Under the pieces are notes generated by a model. The model did not search any database. It was not told the DNA's origin and worked only from the letters and a program-made list of their open reading frames with translations. A stretch of DNA of 63,747 bases, the filler included. It is 11 parts of 11 records of this genome, joined end to end, with 100 filler letters (N's around TTAATTAATTAA, not from the genome) between each part and the next. Parts side by side here need not be neighbours in the genome. Positions count along the whole stretch, not along the records: positions 1 to 3,363 come from SRR7504441_4658; positions 3,464 to 8,320 come from SRR7504441_4680; positions 8,421 to 15,104 come from SRR7504441_4683; 8 more parts are not named here. One strand, written 5' to 3'. Positions 1 through 12,641 of the stretch are shown one piece after another. Each line of letters begins with the position of its first letter. Position 1 is the first letter of the stretch. Both the position numbers and the translations under genes were made by a program.

Positions 1-411
1 GGGGGGGGGGTCAGAACGTGCCAGATTGGTCGCTTGGGATCTGGGGAGGGCTGCGCCGTGCTTAGATATAGGTGTGTTGGGCATTCGGCCGTGCCCGAGT
101 TCCGAACGTTGGTACTCCACCCGATCGTCATGTCGGGCGGCAGTGTTGAATTTAGGCTTAGAATTGCATTAAATGTGTACGAACTGCATAGAATAGCTAT
201 CTTAGATGCTTTCTAGTGCTTCCTAGACGCTTGTATGACACTATAGACTTTAAAGTTGATACACAGTTTAATGCCAAAGTCAGCAGTATTTTTACAGTAT
301 CGTTGCGTCAGGTTGGGTGTTTTATTAAAAGGTACGAACCTGTCTCACGTCCAATGGACCGGCAGGCCCATCACCCCTGTGTGGGTCTGACCCGGCAGCG
401 ATAAGCGCAGA

Positions 412-3074
412 ATGACACGGCGTGGGCACGAGGTGCTGGAGGCGCTGGCTGGGCCGTGGCGGGGCTGGAGCCACGGGCACGAGGTGCTCCACTCGCCGCC
501 GATCCCCCCGAGCCCCGGACCCACCTTCCGGCTGTGCATCCCGCCGCCGCCCCGGCCTGAGCCGCGAGGCGCCGCGATGGACGAGACGATGGCGGCGGTG
601 CGGGCGGTGCCTCAGGTGGTCAGGCTGCTCCGGCTAGCCCTGGTTATGCTCGCAGCCACTCGGCGGAGCCTGAGACAAGCTGGGCTGGCCAAATTGCTCT
701 TTGGTTGGCACAAAGAGGCCCGACACGCCACCCGGAGTGAACGGCTGACGGTCGAGCTGCGCAAATCGGTGGCGCGCTCTCGGTGCTGGCTGCAGCCCCC
801 CTGGGTGATTGGGCCGGCAGGGACGAGAGTCGGAAGGTGGCCAAAATGGAAGCAACGATGGATAAGAAGCGCAACATGCTAGAAGGCTACCAAGCGCTGA
901 TGGAGCTCGCTGACACCCCGCGGCAGCAGTCAGCCAACCAACCCCCGCCCGGGCGCACCGGGCTGGCGGGCTGGGAAGCACGGTGGCGGGAGCGGGCTGA
1001 GGCAGAACTGGGATCTGCAAGAGAGGCGCTGGCAAACGCAATGCGCGAGGGGCGGGATGGGGCCATGGTGGTGCAAGCGCAGCAGGCAGTGAGGCGAGCT
1101 GAGTTGTTGCTGGGGCGAGCGGTGCGCGAGGCGGCAGACCGGGTAGAGGCGGCGGCTGTGCTGGAGCGCTGCCGGACCGAGCAACGAGGGTTGGAGGCCA
1201 CTGTGCGGGCAGAGAGCAAGGCAGAGCTGCTGAGCTGGCATGCCGAGCGGCAGTGGGCCGCGGAGCGGGTGGTGCAGGCTGCGCGCGAGCGGGTTTGCTC
1301 GGCGATGGGCCAGGGCTCTGTGGGGCTTGTGGTAGAGGCGCAGCAGGTACTCGAACAAGCGAGCCTGGATCTCTGTCAGCTGAACGAGCAGGCCAGCCAG
1401 CGATTCGCGGCCCTGCAGGCGGCGGAGGCTGCCCAGTCGGCGATGCTGGCGGCGGTTGCGGCCGGGGACGCGGCTGCAGTGGCCAAGACCAAGCAGCAGT
1501 TGCTCAGTGCGAACGGCCGGCTGCGACTGGCCGAGGGCGAGCTGAACGTGGCCCACCAGCTGGCTATAACAATCGATGGCGCCAGCCAGCAGTGCAGCCC
1601 GGCCATTCTAGCCCGGGCAGAGCAGGCACTCGTCCAGTGGCAGGGTTCTGGCCTCGACGAGAGGGCTGCATGGGTCGAGGCCGCCCGGAGGCTGCAGGTG
1701 GCCAGGGAGCAGCTGGCGGTGGCTGTCATGGCCGGCACGCCACTGGACGGGCCGGAGCGAGCGCTGGCAGCGGCGGAGACCGGACTGGTGGCAGGGCCAG
1801 CTGGGGCCAGCTGGGATGAGCTGGAGGTGGCGGAGGTCGAGCTCGAGCTGAGCAGGCAGCGGCTTGCTGGGCTGGTCAGGAGCAGGCTGCCCACTGGGCT
1901 GAGCGCGGCCAACCAGGCGGTGCTGGCGGCCGAGGCCGAGAGGGAGCTCCGGGCCAGCCAGATCACCGAGCGAGAGCCGGCGCACAATGAGTTGCAGGCT
2001 GGCAAGGCAGCGCTGCAGCTGGCGGCGGGAGATCCTGTGAGCGAGATGCGAGCTAGAATGGTCATAGCTGGAGCCGAGACCAAGCTGCAGTCAGCACTGC
2101 TTGCGGGCCAATTGGAGCGGCGAGTCGAGCGGTTGAACGCCCGGGCAGCCAGCCAGATGGCCAGTGCGATTGCTAGTGTTGACGGTCAGCTGATGGCTCA
2201 GGCAGACCGGGCGGCCGCAGCAGCCGAGACCGAGCGGCTCTGCATGGCTGGTGATGTGATGGGGCTCGATCGGGTCAACGAGTCGCTCAAACAGGCCCGG
2301 GCGAACAGCCTGGCCGCACTCAGCTCGCTGGACGTAGCTAGGATGCTGGACGCGCAGCAGAGGCTAGCACAGATGGACCGGCTCAGTCGGCAGGCGGCAT
2401 GGAAGGCAGGCCGGCTGCGTCGAGCTGAACTGGCAGTGAGCGCGGCCGAGCGGTGGTTGGCTGGGGCAATGGCAGGGCTCGAGGTGGAATCGATGCTCGA
2501 GGCGCAGCATGCGGCAGCCCAGGCGGAGCTGTGCCGAGCAGCGCTTCAAGCCCTGCGCGATCAGCAGCAACAAGCCGAGGCCGAGGCCGAGGAGGCGCGC
2601 AGTCGGTTGGGGGACCCGGCTGGCCGGCCAGCAGCCGAGCGGGATCTGAGCTTAGCCGAGGGGCGGGTGGCGCAGCTCGAAGAGAGGGCTCGCGAGTGGT
2701 GCCAGTTGGAGGCTGCGATTGAGGCAGCGACCCAAGCGGTGCTGGCAGCGGCGCTGGTTGGGGACAATGCAGCCGAGGCGAGCGGGCGGCAGGCGTTAGC
2801 TGAGCTCGAGGCTGGGTACGAGTGTCTGCTGGCGGGACCAGTCCAGAGTGCAGGCTCCCAGCTCGCAATCAAGCGGGCTGCGATAGTTTGTGGCTGGGCC
2901 GTGGCCAGCTGGGTCGCCAACACTGGGCAAGCAGCTCGAGCCGGGCGAGTTGTTCTGCTTGGCGTGCTGGCCCGCTGGAGGTTTGGGATGCGCTCATCAA
3001 GTGTTGATCCTCAGCCAAACAGCTCGATGCTCCGGGCCATCGGCCGATTCGGGTGGCTGAGCCGTGTGGGCTGA
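412..3074 (+). CDS. Hypothetical Ala-rich protein with helical-hairpin repeats (start 412 or 577)
   Basis: The 412 ORF joins the 763-aa ORF in frame via GT-AG intron 783-820 (..RS R|DESRK). Recurrent A-x3-L-x2-A-x3-GD-like units. No known family recognised. Confidence 0.6.
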
Positions 3075-3363
3075 GCTCATCCGGTGGGCAGGCGGGTGGG
3101 CAAACATGTGAGGGAGCAGTACGCAAAGGTCCGACAAAGCCTGGGCCGTGGGCCGGCTGGCCGGAAGGCTGACAAGCAGATGAACGCTGCACATAAAGCT
3201 GGGGCTGCGCTATTTGAGATTGGCAAACCGGCCAAGCTTGAGCTCTAACTACATGTACCTCTAGCTGTCATCGTCTTCAAGCTTGCTTGGAATTCAAACT
3301 ACATGGTACATGCATGATTGTACCAGTACGTGTAGTTAAGTGACCATCAGTGGACTATGTGAA

Positions 3364-3463
3364 NNNNNNNNNNNNNNNNNNNNNNNNNNNNNNNNNNNNN
3401 NNNNNNNTTAATTAATTAANNNNNNNNNNNNNNNNNNNNNNNNNNNNNNNNNNNNNNNNNNNN
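3364..3463. other. Artificial contig spacer (N-run + TTAATTAATTAA + N-run). Identical spacers at 8321-8420, 15105-15204, 26906-27005, 30192-30291, 33583-33682, 41106-41205, 44585-44684, 50265-50364, 56012-56111
   Basis: Each is 100 nt with a six-frame stop linker in the middle. Genes such as AHCY, the ARM protein and SWR1 are cut at these junctions. Confidence 0.98.
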
Positions 3464-3691
3464 ATACTGCCTTTAGGAGTTCGTACTGATGTACATATGT
3501 AGGTTCCATATTTTAATTAAATAATTCAATGTTCTAGGTCTCTATAAAATTCTGCAAGACAATGACAAGTGTTTGAGCGTTGTGCGAGCTCGGAGTGTTG
3601 ACTCGATTGTTGCTCAGTCGCATGCAGCATTGCTCCTTGTGGAAGCTCAACTCGGATCCATGCCTTCCCAGCTCGGCTTGCGGGAGCCAAC

Positions 3692-5473
3692 CTAAGCTTG
3701 GTCATCAGCATCGACGGGATCTTGAACCGCCATGTCGGGCACCTCGTGGTGTGTCGGGCTCATGGGCTCCTCATAGGCCTCCTCGGGCTGATTGGTGCCG
3801 AACTCGGGGGGCACCTCCGCGTCCTCGTACTTGTCCTTTGCCGGCTCTACATGTACGTAGCCGGCACGTTGCTTCTGTTGAACGCAGGAGGCGAGGACAC
3901 CTAGACAGCAGAAGAAGACGAGGAAACTCAAAATCGGAATGGCGATCGTGATAAAGCACGAGCCGTCTGAGCAGTCCATAGATGTCGGCGTGTAAACCTG
4001 TTCGCCGAAGAGATATGCTTGGCCCGCGGTCGTAAACCCGAATGTTGAGCTTGTGGCCAATGGTGCTCCGATCAGCAGATTGGGTCCGCTTGTTGAGACG
4101 GACCGCCCGAAATTGGCATTTGCCAGTGGGTCGCTGGCAGTGAGCCCCGCCTGCTGGGTCCAGGTGCCTCCTTCCAGCCCTTGATCGGCCGTAAACATGT
4201 AGGCTCTTCCGGCTGCAGCCTGAACGGAGGCCGCAGAATTGCCGCCTGGATACACGTCTGCCGCCTGGCAACCGAGCACAGCCGTGCCTTGGGCTGCATC
4301 CAGCGAGACTGATACGCCACACTGGAAATTCCAGTAGTTGCCATAGGGGTAGTCGGGGTAGACGTTGGAGGGTATGAGGTCCGCCGTGTGGACCCAGTTG
4401 CCCTCCTCTCCCCTAACGTATACAAACCCCCTCCCGGCATTGTTGTACATCGAGAGCGTGTCCTGTCTGTACCCGGGGGCTCCGATCACAGCTACTGCGC
4501 CCGTGTACTCTCCGTACCCTTGTTGGTCGCTCAGTGCTATTGACGCGCCAAGTAGCATACCCTGGGTGGCCACCCCCTGAGCAGTCACTGGCATCAGAAT
4601 ATTCCGGAACACCCACTTACTCTCCCAAACGTACGTGTACACCGCTCCAGTGTTTGTTGTTGGCATTCCGTTGACCGTTGCTCCGGGCGCGCCCACAAGA
4701 AGGGCCCAAGTCTGATCGGACCTTGCATTCAACGCCACCGCTGCGCCAAAGTTGCCGTTTACTGTCGGCTCCGGCGAGAAGATGGCTTGGGTCCATGTCC
4801 ACAAGTCATTTGCTGCGAGATTAAAGATGTAGACTGCTCCAGCGTTTACTTGTGAGTCATCTCTTCCTATGGCCCCGACCGCAAGCCAGTCCGCGCTCAA
4901 CGACACAGACGAGCCGAACTGATCGTCAGCGGCCGGCGTAGGGTCGGTAGGGGCGGTGAGGATCGCCCGATTACTCCAGCCATTGGCGTACAATTCGTTG
5001 GCATCCGGAAACTGACTGAAGATGTAAACCTTACCGGCAGCAGATACGCCACCGGGATCGGCGAACGGGGCACCAATCGCAGCTGTGGGGTACACATTCG
5101 GGTCGGAGCTGGCGAAGTTATCCAGGGATATCTGGTCAATTTCTCCGCCGAACTGGTCATCAGCGGCCGCATCGGGCGCGCTGAGGACCGCCGTCTGAGC
5201 CCAGTAGCCTTCCGAGCTCCCGGGACCTACTCCCTGATTCTCGAGCACGTATACTTTTCCAGCATTAGCAAGAGTACCCACAGGAGCTTGGGGTGCTGAG
5301 ATGAGAGCCATGCCATTGTCCAAGGCCACGGAGGCACCGTAGTTGTCACCGGTGTCGCTTGAAGTGACAGGTGTCGTCGGGTCGGGCGCGGTGAGGATCC
5401 CCGTCTGAATGTCCCAGCTCACGTCGGCAAAATACGGGTGGTACAGGTCATTTGTCCGCCGCCTGCGGGCCAT
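3692..5473 (-). CDS. FG-GAP repeat (integrin-alpha-type beta-propeller) single-pass membrane protein
   Basis: Repeated units (DDQFGSSVSLS..LAVGA, NFGAAVAL..LLVGAP, NFGRSVST..LLIGAP) each followed by a GxVY/GxAY strand. C-terminal TM segment FITIAIPILSFLVFFCCLGVLA and an acidic tail. Intronless; ATG at 5473. Confidence 0.85.
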   Translation of the reverse strand: MARRRRTNDLYHPYFADVSWDIQTGILTAPDPTTPVTSSDTGDNYGASVALDNGMALISAPQAPVGTLANAGKVYVLENQGVGPGSSEGYWAQTAVLSAPDAAADDQFGGEIDQISLDNFASSDPNVYPTAAIGAPFADPGGVSAAGKVYIFSQFPDANELYANGWSNRAILTAPTDPTPAADDQFGSSVSLSADWLAVGAIGRDDSQVNAGAVYIFNLAANDLWTWTQAIFSPEPTVNGNFGAAVALNARSDQTWALLVGAPGATVNGMPTTNTGAVYTYVWESKWVFRNILMPVTAQGVATQGMLLGASIALSDQQGYGEYTGAVAVIGAPGYRQDTLSMYNNAGRGFVYVRGEEGNWVHTADLIPSNVYPDYPYGNYWNFQCGVSVSLDAAQGTAVLGCQAADVYPGGNSAASVQAAAGRAYMFTADQGLEGGTWTQQAGLTASDPLANANFGRSVSTSGPNLLIGAPLATSSTFGFTTAGQAYLFGEQVYTPTSMDCSDGSCFITIAIPILSFLVFFCCLGVLASCVQQKQRAGYVHVEPAKDKYEDAEVPPEFGTNQPEEAYEEPMSPTHHEVPDMAVQDPVDADDQA

Positions 5474-5558
5474 GATTGGGCGATGGCGAGTCCGCAACGG
5501 CTCATCAAATCAAGCAGCTCAAAGCAACGGCTCATCTCATCTTGATAACGGTCAATCA

Positions 5559-8034
5559 ATGCCGGTGGGCAGCGGGCTGGCCCTGTGTGAGCCGGTGCCA
5601 GGGGCTGGCGGATCTTCTGGGCTCTGAGGGGCGGGATGAGGCTCGGATGGCGCAGCTGCTCGGCCTGGAGCTGGCCGACCTGCAGGAACTCTTCAACCAA
5701 TTCGATACAGACGGGAGCGGTGGGATCGACGCGGTTTGTCCCCGCCGGTCGGCCGGTGCCGAGCTGGGGCAGGCCGAGTTCGGCAGCCTGATGGCCTCGC
5801 TGGACATGGTAATGCAGCCGGATCAGGCCCAGGCGGCGGTCAGGAGCATCGATAAGGTCGGCCGCCGGTGGGGCCCGCAGACCGGGCGGCAGGACGAGAA
5901 CGGGCTGATAGACTTGAAGGAGTTCTGCAGCTGGTGCCCGGCCCGAGATGCGGGCGGACGGGGCGGCAGGTGGCTCAAGAATTCGTCGGACGACTGGAGC
6001 GCGTACGCGAGCGCGCCGGTGGAGGAATTCTACGAGTACGACTACGACCAGTCGCCGGAGTGGAACACAGAGCAGGAAGAGGCCTTCTACGCCAAACAGA
6101 GCGCGGCCCGCGAGCAGAGCGGCGGATGGGAGGACGCCCCGCCCCCGGACGTCCGGATGCTCAAGGCGAAGCTGCTGATGCCTGTGTTCGCCAAGCGGCT
6201 GGCTAAGAAGATGGAAGGTGAGCCGGGCGCGCCGCCGGATCGAGCCAGGGGAACAGGCATGTGCGCCAACCCGGGCGAGCTGTGCACCAATGCGCTCACT
6301 ATACAGGCAGCTGGCCGCCGGCCGCGCCGGCTGAGCGGCCCCAGGTGGGGCAGCCGAACGACAACGGGAGTGTGCATGCGTATATTCGGACCACTGCGGA
6401 CAAGGCGCTGGAGGAGCTGAGTCCTCCGAAGAACTGCGCGGCGGCGGTGGTGGTGGAGCTGTCGCTCAAGGCCGACTACGACCCGGCTGTGGTCGAGCAG
6501 CTCAAGGAGCTGGTTGCTGGCGCGTTTGATAAATATATCCAGCCGCAGCTCAACGCGATCAACCACGTCCCTAACGAGCTGCGCAGGACCGGCATGATCA
6601 AAGGCAGCTCGTGAGCCGGGGCAGGGCTGACCGGTGGGCAGGTAAGCCTTTCGACTCGTACTCACTGGAGGTAGCTGAGACCGATGGCTGTGCCGTGCTC
6701 CGGCTGGCTGTGTTCTCGGGGCTGGACGGGATGAACGCCATGAGCTGCCTGTGTGGCGGGGACGCCAAGCAGCTGCTGCCCACCGCCTCGGCCAAGCTGA
6801 CCATGGGGTTCGGACTGTCTGATCTGCTCGAGGCCGGGGCCACGCTGGCTGAGATGCTACAGTTCAAGGCCGAGTTCAAGTTCAACTGGGTCAAACAGTT
6901 CCTGGCGCTCTATGGCGAATTAGTCATGATGGCATTCAAGACCCAGGCCGGCTCCGAGGGCGACACGTACGAGCTCGAAAAAATTGTTGAGATGCGAGGC
7001 GACTCAGAGATCTTCCAGACGAAGATGATGCTCGATGGCTTCATCCGCGGGTTCGTGTGCCAACGGAGTCTTTTCTACTTCCAGTTTGATTCGATCTTCG
7101 AGGCCGCGCGCAAAGTGATTCACCAGCTGGTGATCCCGATCGGGATGCGCTGCTTCAACCAAGATAAAGGGTTCCAGCCAGTCAAGAAGGAGCCGGAGGC
7201 TGACAAGCTGGACAAGCTTCTCGAGGCTATTGGCAAGGTTTCTGGCAAGACCATCGGCAAGCTAAGGGAGCGGCTGATGACCGAAACGACGTTGATCCCT
7301 GGACCCATGGGGATGGAGCACGCCAAGCTATTGCACCAAATCAAGGAGACCATGCGCCTGGACCAAGCTAAGGTGACTGCAGGCTGGCCAGCCAGCTGAC
7401 TGTGTGTGGCGCGACTCAGGAGGAGGCAGCCAAGGAGGACGGCGCAGAGGAGGCCAAGATGATCATGGTGCCCAGAGCCGGCTAGCTGCGGGCTGACTGG
7501 GCGTGCAGCTGTGCTGGGATGTTTTCTCCAAGTTGCACAAGCTGGTTGATGGCGTGTCGAGGGTCCAGCTGCTGGATGCGCTGATGACAGTGGGGCTCGA
7601 CGTCAAGGGGATGGACTTCATGCCGCTCATCCCCAGCCCCGAGGAGATTGAGAGTGCCGAGCAAGCCGACGAGCCCTGGTGGGTGGAGCAGTACGCCCGG
7701 CACTTCCAGGTGACCCCAGGCCTGGGCCAGACTGACCGGTGCCCAGGGCGACACCTCCGCCACCCCGCCCGACGACGCCTTCTTTGCCAAGCTGCGTGAG
7801 GATTTCTCGGAGCTTGTCGCGGTGTGAGCTTTTATGTAGCGATGAGCCAATTATGCTGTGCAGGTGGCGCAAGCGGCCTGCGTGATATACAACGACTGTG
7901 TCGACATGACACATTTGAACAGAGACGGGATGGTCAACAAGTGCGAGGACGAGGCCAAGAAGCTGTTCGACTTGGTGGACTTGGTGCCTACACCTGTTGT
8001 TGCTCAGGAGGCTGCTCCTTGTCAGCAGCTCTAG
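5559..8034 (+). CDS. EF-hand protein with long unknown C-terminal region, about 11 short introns
   Basis: EF loops DTDGSGGID and DKDENGLIDLKEF after splicing. Introns include 5565-5601, 6307-6344 (GC-AG), 6604-6641 (GC-AG), 7373-7419, 7468-7508. Reconstructed C-terminus ..APCQQL*. Confidence 0.75.
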
Positions 8035-8516
8035 GAATCAAGTGCATGGGCCCTATACGTACAAGCCTGCCGTGCTCTCGTACTGATGGGATATGGTATC
8101 TATCTGTCCAACCTTCAACTTTTAGTGAGCTATAGGCTCTTTACCTTCTACTCAACCATCGACTTAGTTATTCATATTTAAAGTGAGAAATTCGATTGAA
8201 TCAGATAGCACGCCGGCGGTACGGATAGCTAGCGCGTGTGTGTCCGCTCCGGCAGTGCTCAGCTGATTGGACCACTGAGCCTGAATCGGTGAGAGTTGAA
8301 GTCATTTATTGATATCTAAANNNNNNNNNNNNNNNNNNNNNNNNNNNNNNNNNNNNNNNNNNNNTTAATTAATTAANNNNNNNNNNNNNNNNNNNNNNNN
8401 NNNNNNNNNNNNNNNNNNNNGTATTCCTCACATCCGTGACATCCGGTCAATCATTCATAGTATGCCTTGGAACTATGCTACCGTAAGCCATGGATGCGTT
8501 GAGCCTTGTCTGATGA

Positions 8517-9523
8517 TTGCAGCTGCCTGCCAGTGATATCGACATGAGTGACCCAGCGATTTCGTTCGGAGAATCCAAACTACATAATGGAGACGCGACT
8601 GTGGGTGGTGCGCTAAGCCATGCCAGTCAGTCGGGAAACGGTGCTCTGCGAGCACCGCGTCAACACCTCGCGGGCGGTGAGTCGAGGCTGGTGTGGCAAC
8701 AACCAGCCTGAGCTCTTGCCCGAGGAAGCTGGCGTTTTGGAGAGCCTCCAAACTCGGCGCAGCCCCCACAAGCTGGTAACCCAGGAGTCCCCACCTTCCC
8801 AAGTGGTCAGGGCTTCTCCAGAGAAGAAGAAGCGGGCAAACGGCAGGCATGCCACCACTCCCGAGCGGGATGCGGACGGCGGACGCGATCGGTGGGACTC
8901 ACCTGAGGATCTCGCACAGCAGGCTGGTCCCGAGTGGACCTCCGCGCGGGCCCGATCGCCGGAGCCGCCTATCGTATGGGTCGACACCGCGTTGGACTGG
9001 AATGGGAAGACACTCGCTTCACCCGGGGCTGGTGCCAATCCGAGCGGGCCGGAGGAGGCTGCACACAGTCCTGTGACCATGCATTGTGCTCTAGAGTCGA
9101 TCCGGCAGGCCTGGAGAGAGACTGAACCGATCGAGGCCGAGCGGTGCCGGGCCAGCCAGGAAAGCGCTGAGCCATTGCTCAGGAAGTCGGCTGCGCGGGT
9201 ACTAGACCGGTTGTGGGAGCTCACAGGCCCCCTCTGGGCCCAGCATGATAGTGCAGTCTCTCGGGCATTTGGCAGGCTGCGACGAATTCACGCCAGATGG
9301 TACCGTAATCGGGGCTAATGAACTGAATTATGTGCGCGTGTGCAGCGAAGAGCGAGTTGGGTTGGCGCAGCTGCTAGAGCGCACACAGTTTGGCACCTGG
9401 ACGCAGCTACTACCTGCGATCGTTAAGCAATCAATGTCCGGAAGCTCTCTCAGCCCCCGGGCCTCACCAGTCCCGTTCTTCACAGCAAACTCACCAGTGC
9501 CGTTCTCCCCTGGTCTTAATTAA
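8517..9523 (+). CDS. Possible hypothetical protein; exon structure unresolved, perhaps 5'-truncated by the contig edge
   Basis: Overlapping + strand ORFs 8517-8711, 8620-9318 and 9245-9523 in GC-rich sequence, followed by AT-richer intergenic DNA. Confidence 0.3.
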
Positions 9524-9899
9524 GAGTTTTGCCGCTCACACGTATACATCAAGATATCTCCGAAGTGAGCTCTTTGTCTATGACAAGAGCGAATGATCTC
9601 GAACCAAAAGGTAGCAAGGGAATAGCAAGGGAAGAATCTCGAGACGTAATTACTGTAATTGAATTATGAGTCATGTTCTATCAGTTGCCTACCTACAAAT
9701 CTATAGCGGTTAATCGTGAGCCTTATCAGGATGTGATCTGGATTAGATCTGGATACGTAGACATAATTATTTCAGTCGGCTCTTGATGAAGTCAATGAGC
9801 CACGTCAATTGATACGAGTACTCGTACTTGTACTCCAGTTGTGGAAACATTTAATGCGGCGTTGAAGTAGCATTGCAGCATCACGACGATCGCCATAGC

Positions 9900-12497
9900 T
9901 TACGAGATCACACACTCGGCCTCGTCCTCTGGCATTTCTGGCTTGAAACCATCGTTGTTCTTGGCCTCTTTATCGATCTGCGGGATGGTGCACAGGAAAT
10001 CATACATCCGCGCGTTATGGATGATCCTCCCCTTGGTCTCCCACCACGTGTGGTGCAACGCGGTGTTACCGTTAGCGTCACGCGTATTCACATTGGCCCC
10101 AGCCTCGATCAGCACCTTGGCCACTCCAATCGCTCCATGCCGTGAGCAGAGCATCAGCGGTGTTAGCCCAGACTCACGCGAGACTGCATCAAACGACTCG
10201 GCCGGCGGGTCCCTCTGCTCTTGGTGAAGCCCGACCAGCTTGTTGGCCACTTCGATGTTGTTGTCACACGCGGCACCTGCCCCGACCAGTCTGCCTCAGC
10301 CAGCCCAGCCAGCTACAGTGCAATGCGATTGAGCCGTCAACATTCCGGCTAGCAGGCTGGCCACCCTTGCTCCTGAGCAGCTGAAGCACACCCGCGTTTT
10401 CCAGGCAGCAAGCCGCATAGTAAGCCTCGGCGTCAATCATCGCATCCTTGTCGAGCAACAGCCTGCAAATTGCCAGATTGTCTTTCTTGCACGCAACCGA
10501 TAGCGGAGACTTGCCATCATCTGATTGCGTCTTTGGGTTGGCCTTGTTTTCAAGCAGCAACGCGACCGTGGGCTCGTGATCCATAACAACCGCCTGCCGC
10601 CCAGTTGGTGACACGCTCCACGGCCAGAGCTGCCTTGGCGATCGGCGTGAATCCGTTGAAGTCCTTATCGTTGATGAACGCGCCACGTTCGATCAGGAAA
10701 GGCACCACATCCCACTGCTGCTTATCAATCGCCTGTGCCCTCCGACTCGGCTACTGCCGGCCGGCTCGTCACCAGGTGCACCAGATTCTGCTCGCTGTCC
10801 TCGTCGACTTCGTTCACGTCCGCTCCGGCGGCGTACAGCACCTCCAGGATCTCGCGGAGCTCGGCACTCGGTCTGCGCACCGGGCTCGGCCTGCGAGCCA
10901 GCCGGCCAGGCACCTCGACCATACTTGGGCCCCGCTGACAGCTGCGAACTGGGGCGACATAGTCTCATCATCCCCGAGCTTGTCGGTAGAGCCGCCGTTC
11001 TGGCTCCGGCTTGCTCGCAGGCAGGGCACAGGCACCTCAAGGAGGAGCTTGAGAATCTGGAGCTTGCCGTGCCAGGCAGCAAGCGAGACTGCGCTCTTGC
11101 CCATCACCTCCTTGGCGCACTGTGGCGAGACAGACTTGCGCATGTGCGGTCCGATCACGATGCTGATGTCAACCAGCTTCTCATGAAGCATCTGCTCGAC
11201 AGCGGCCTGATCGCCCGCGATGATTGCCAGCAAGAACCTCTCTATCGCTGCAAAGTCGAGCACCGGAGTGGCCTCTCCGTTGACGGGGTGGTCGAATGGG
11301 CACCACCCAGTCTGCTCAAACTTCTCGCACTCGCCTCGCCGAATGAACGGGATGCAAGCCGCCATGCCCTGATGCCCAGTGAGCAGGCCAGCTACACCCG
11401 CCCTGACGCACCGGGTTCTTGGGATATTTGGATTTCGGGATCTTCTTGGAGCTGCCGCCGGCCATGCCCATCAGCAGCCCCATTGCCCCCGAGTACTGCT
11501 GCCCTCCGGTGGCAAGCGCCGATCCTTGCTGGCCCTTGCCATGGCTGAGTGCGGCCTGCATCGCGAGTGTTAGCCAGCCCCGCTCAGCTGCTTACGTTCA
11601 TCTGGCCCGGTGTCGGGTAGTGGTACGTGTATTCTTCCTGCGCTCCTTTCTTCCCCTTCTTTGGCTTGACCGGCTCCTTCTGCGGTAGGAAAGCGTCCAG
11701 AGGCGACGGGCCTGTTTCAAACAAGGCCTGCTCGGCTCTCCGCCCGCCGCGACGCTCGTACTCGGACCGCTTCTTGCGGCGCTCGGAGACAAACCGCTTG
11801 CCGGTCTCGCCCTGCTGCCAGCGCAGGAAAGGGACCACTTGCGCGTTGGCCGGCCACGGCACAGAGGGCTGTCGGGTAGCAGCTGCACCGCCCCCAAAGC
11901 TCAGCCGGCATGGTGCGTGGCCAGGGCACCGCGCGATTCCATCTCGTCCAATTCCATCTGCCGGCGCTGGCCGCGAGCGCCGTCCCGGTTGTCCCTCGTC
12001 GACTTGCCATCAGTAGTGCTGCCCCTTCCAGCGCCGCCTGTAGCATTAGCATTGCCCGCGCGATTGCTCTTCGCCGGCTCAGCTGGAGCTGGCGACTTGA
12101 CGACCGACGAGCGCTCAGATCTGGCAGCCGCTCTCTCCCTCCGCTGCTTCTCCGCAGCCTGCAGCTCGGCTGCCTCCTTGGCGAGCTGCGCCTCCTGCTC
12201 CCGTGCCGACTTGCCACTAGCCGACTCCTTGGCCGCGCGCAGCGCCATACTGGCCTGCCGCTCCGAAAGCGCTCGCGGCGGAGCCGCTGACGGCCGCTCG
12301 TACGCGTCGGCGATCAGCCGCTCCGGCCGCTCGGGTCGGGGCTGGCTGCTCATCGCCTGGCGCTCCTGGGCCACCTTGGCCTTGAGCTTGCGCCGCTCCA
12401 TCTCGACCTCTTCAGCCTCGGCCTGCTTGCGTCGCTGCGCCTCTTCCCGGGCCTGCTGCCGCTCGGCCGCCAGCCTAGCCTTGGTCTCTGGATCCAT
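9900..12497 (-). CDS. Ankyrin-repeat protein with charged N-terminus and CCCH-like zinc finger
   Basis: Spliced model MDPETKARL.. then CIPFIRRGECEKFEQTGWCPFDH then ankyrin repeats (GFTPIAK|AVVMDH, GKSPLSVAC, GLTPLMLCS, GNTALHH). Several ~40-nt introns including GC-AG 10594-10633. Confidence 0.75.
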
Positions 12498-12641
12498 CCG
12501 ATCAAGCAAGCTGTCTGCTGTCTGGTCGCCCCCTGTGTTCAAGTGACTTGTTCCGTTGAGCCGCCGCCGATCGCGGCCAGAAGAGGCGCCGTCGCACAGA
12601 GCGGGTCCCACGCCGTGGGCGAGGCAGCGCCCCGGTCTTTG

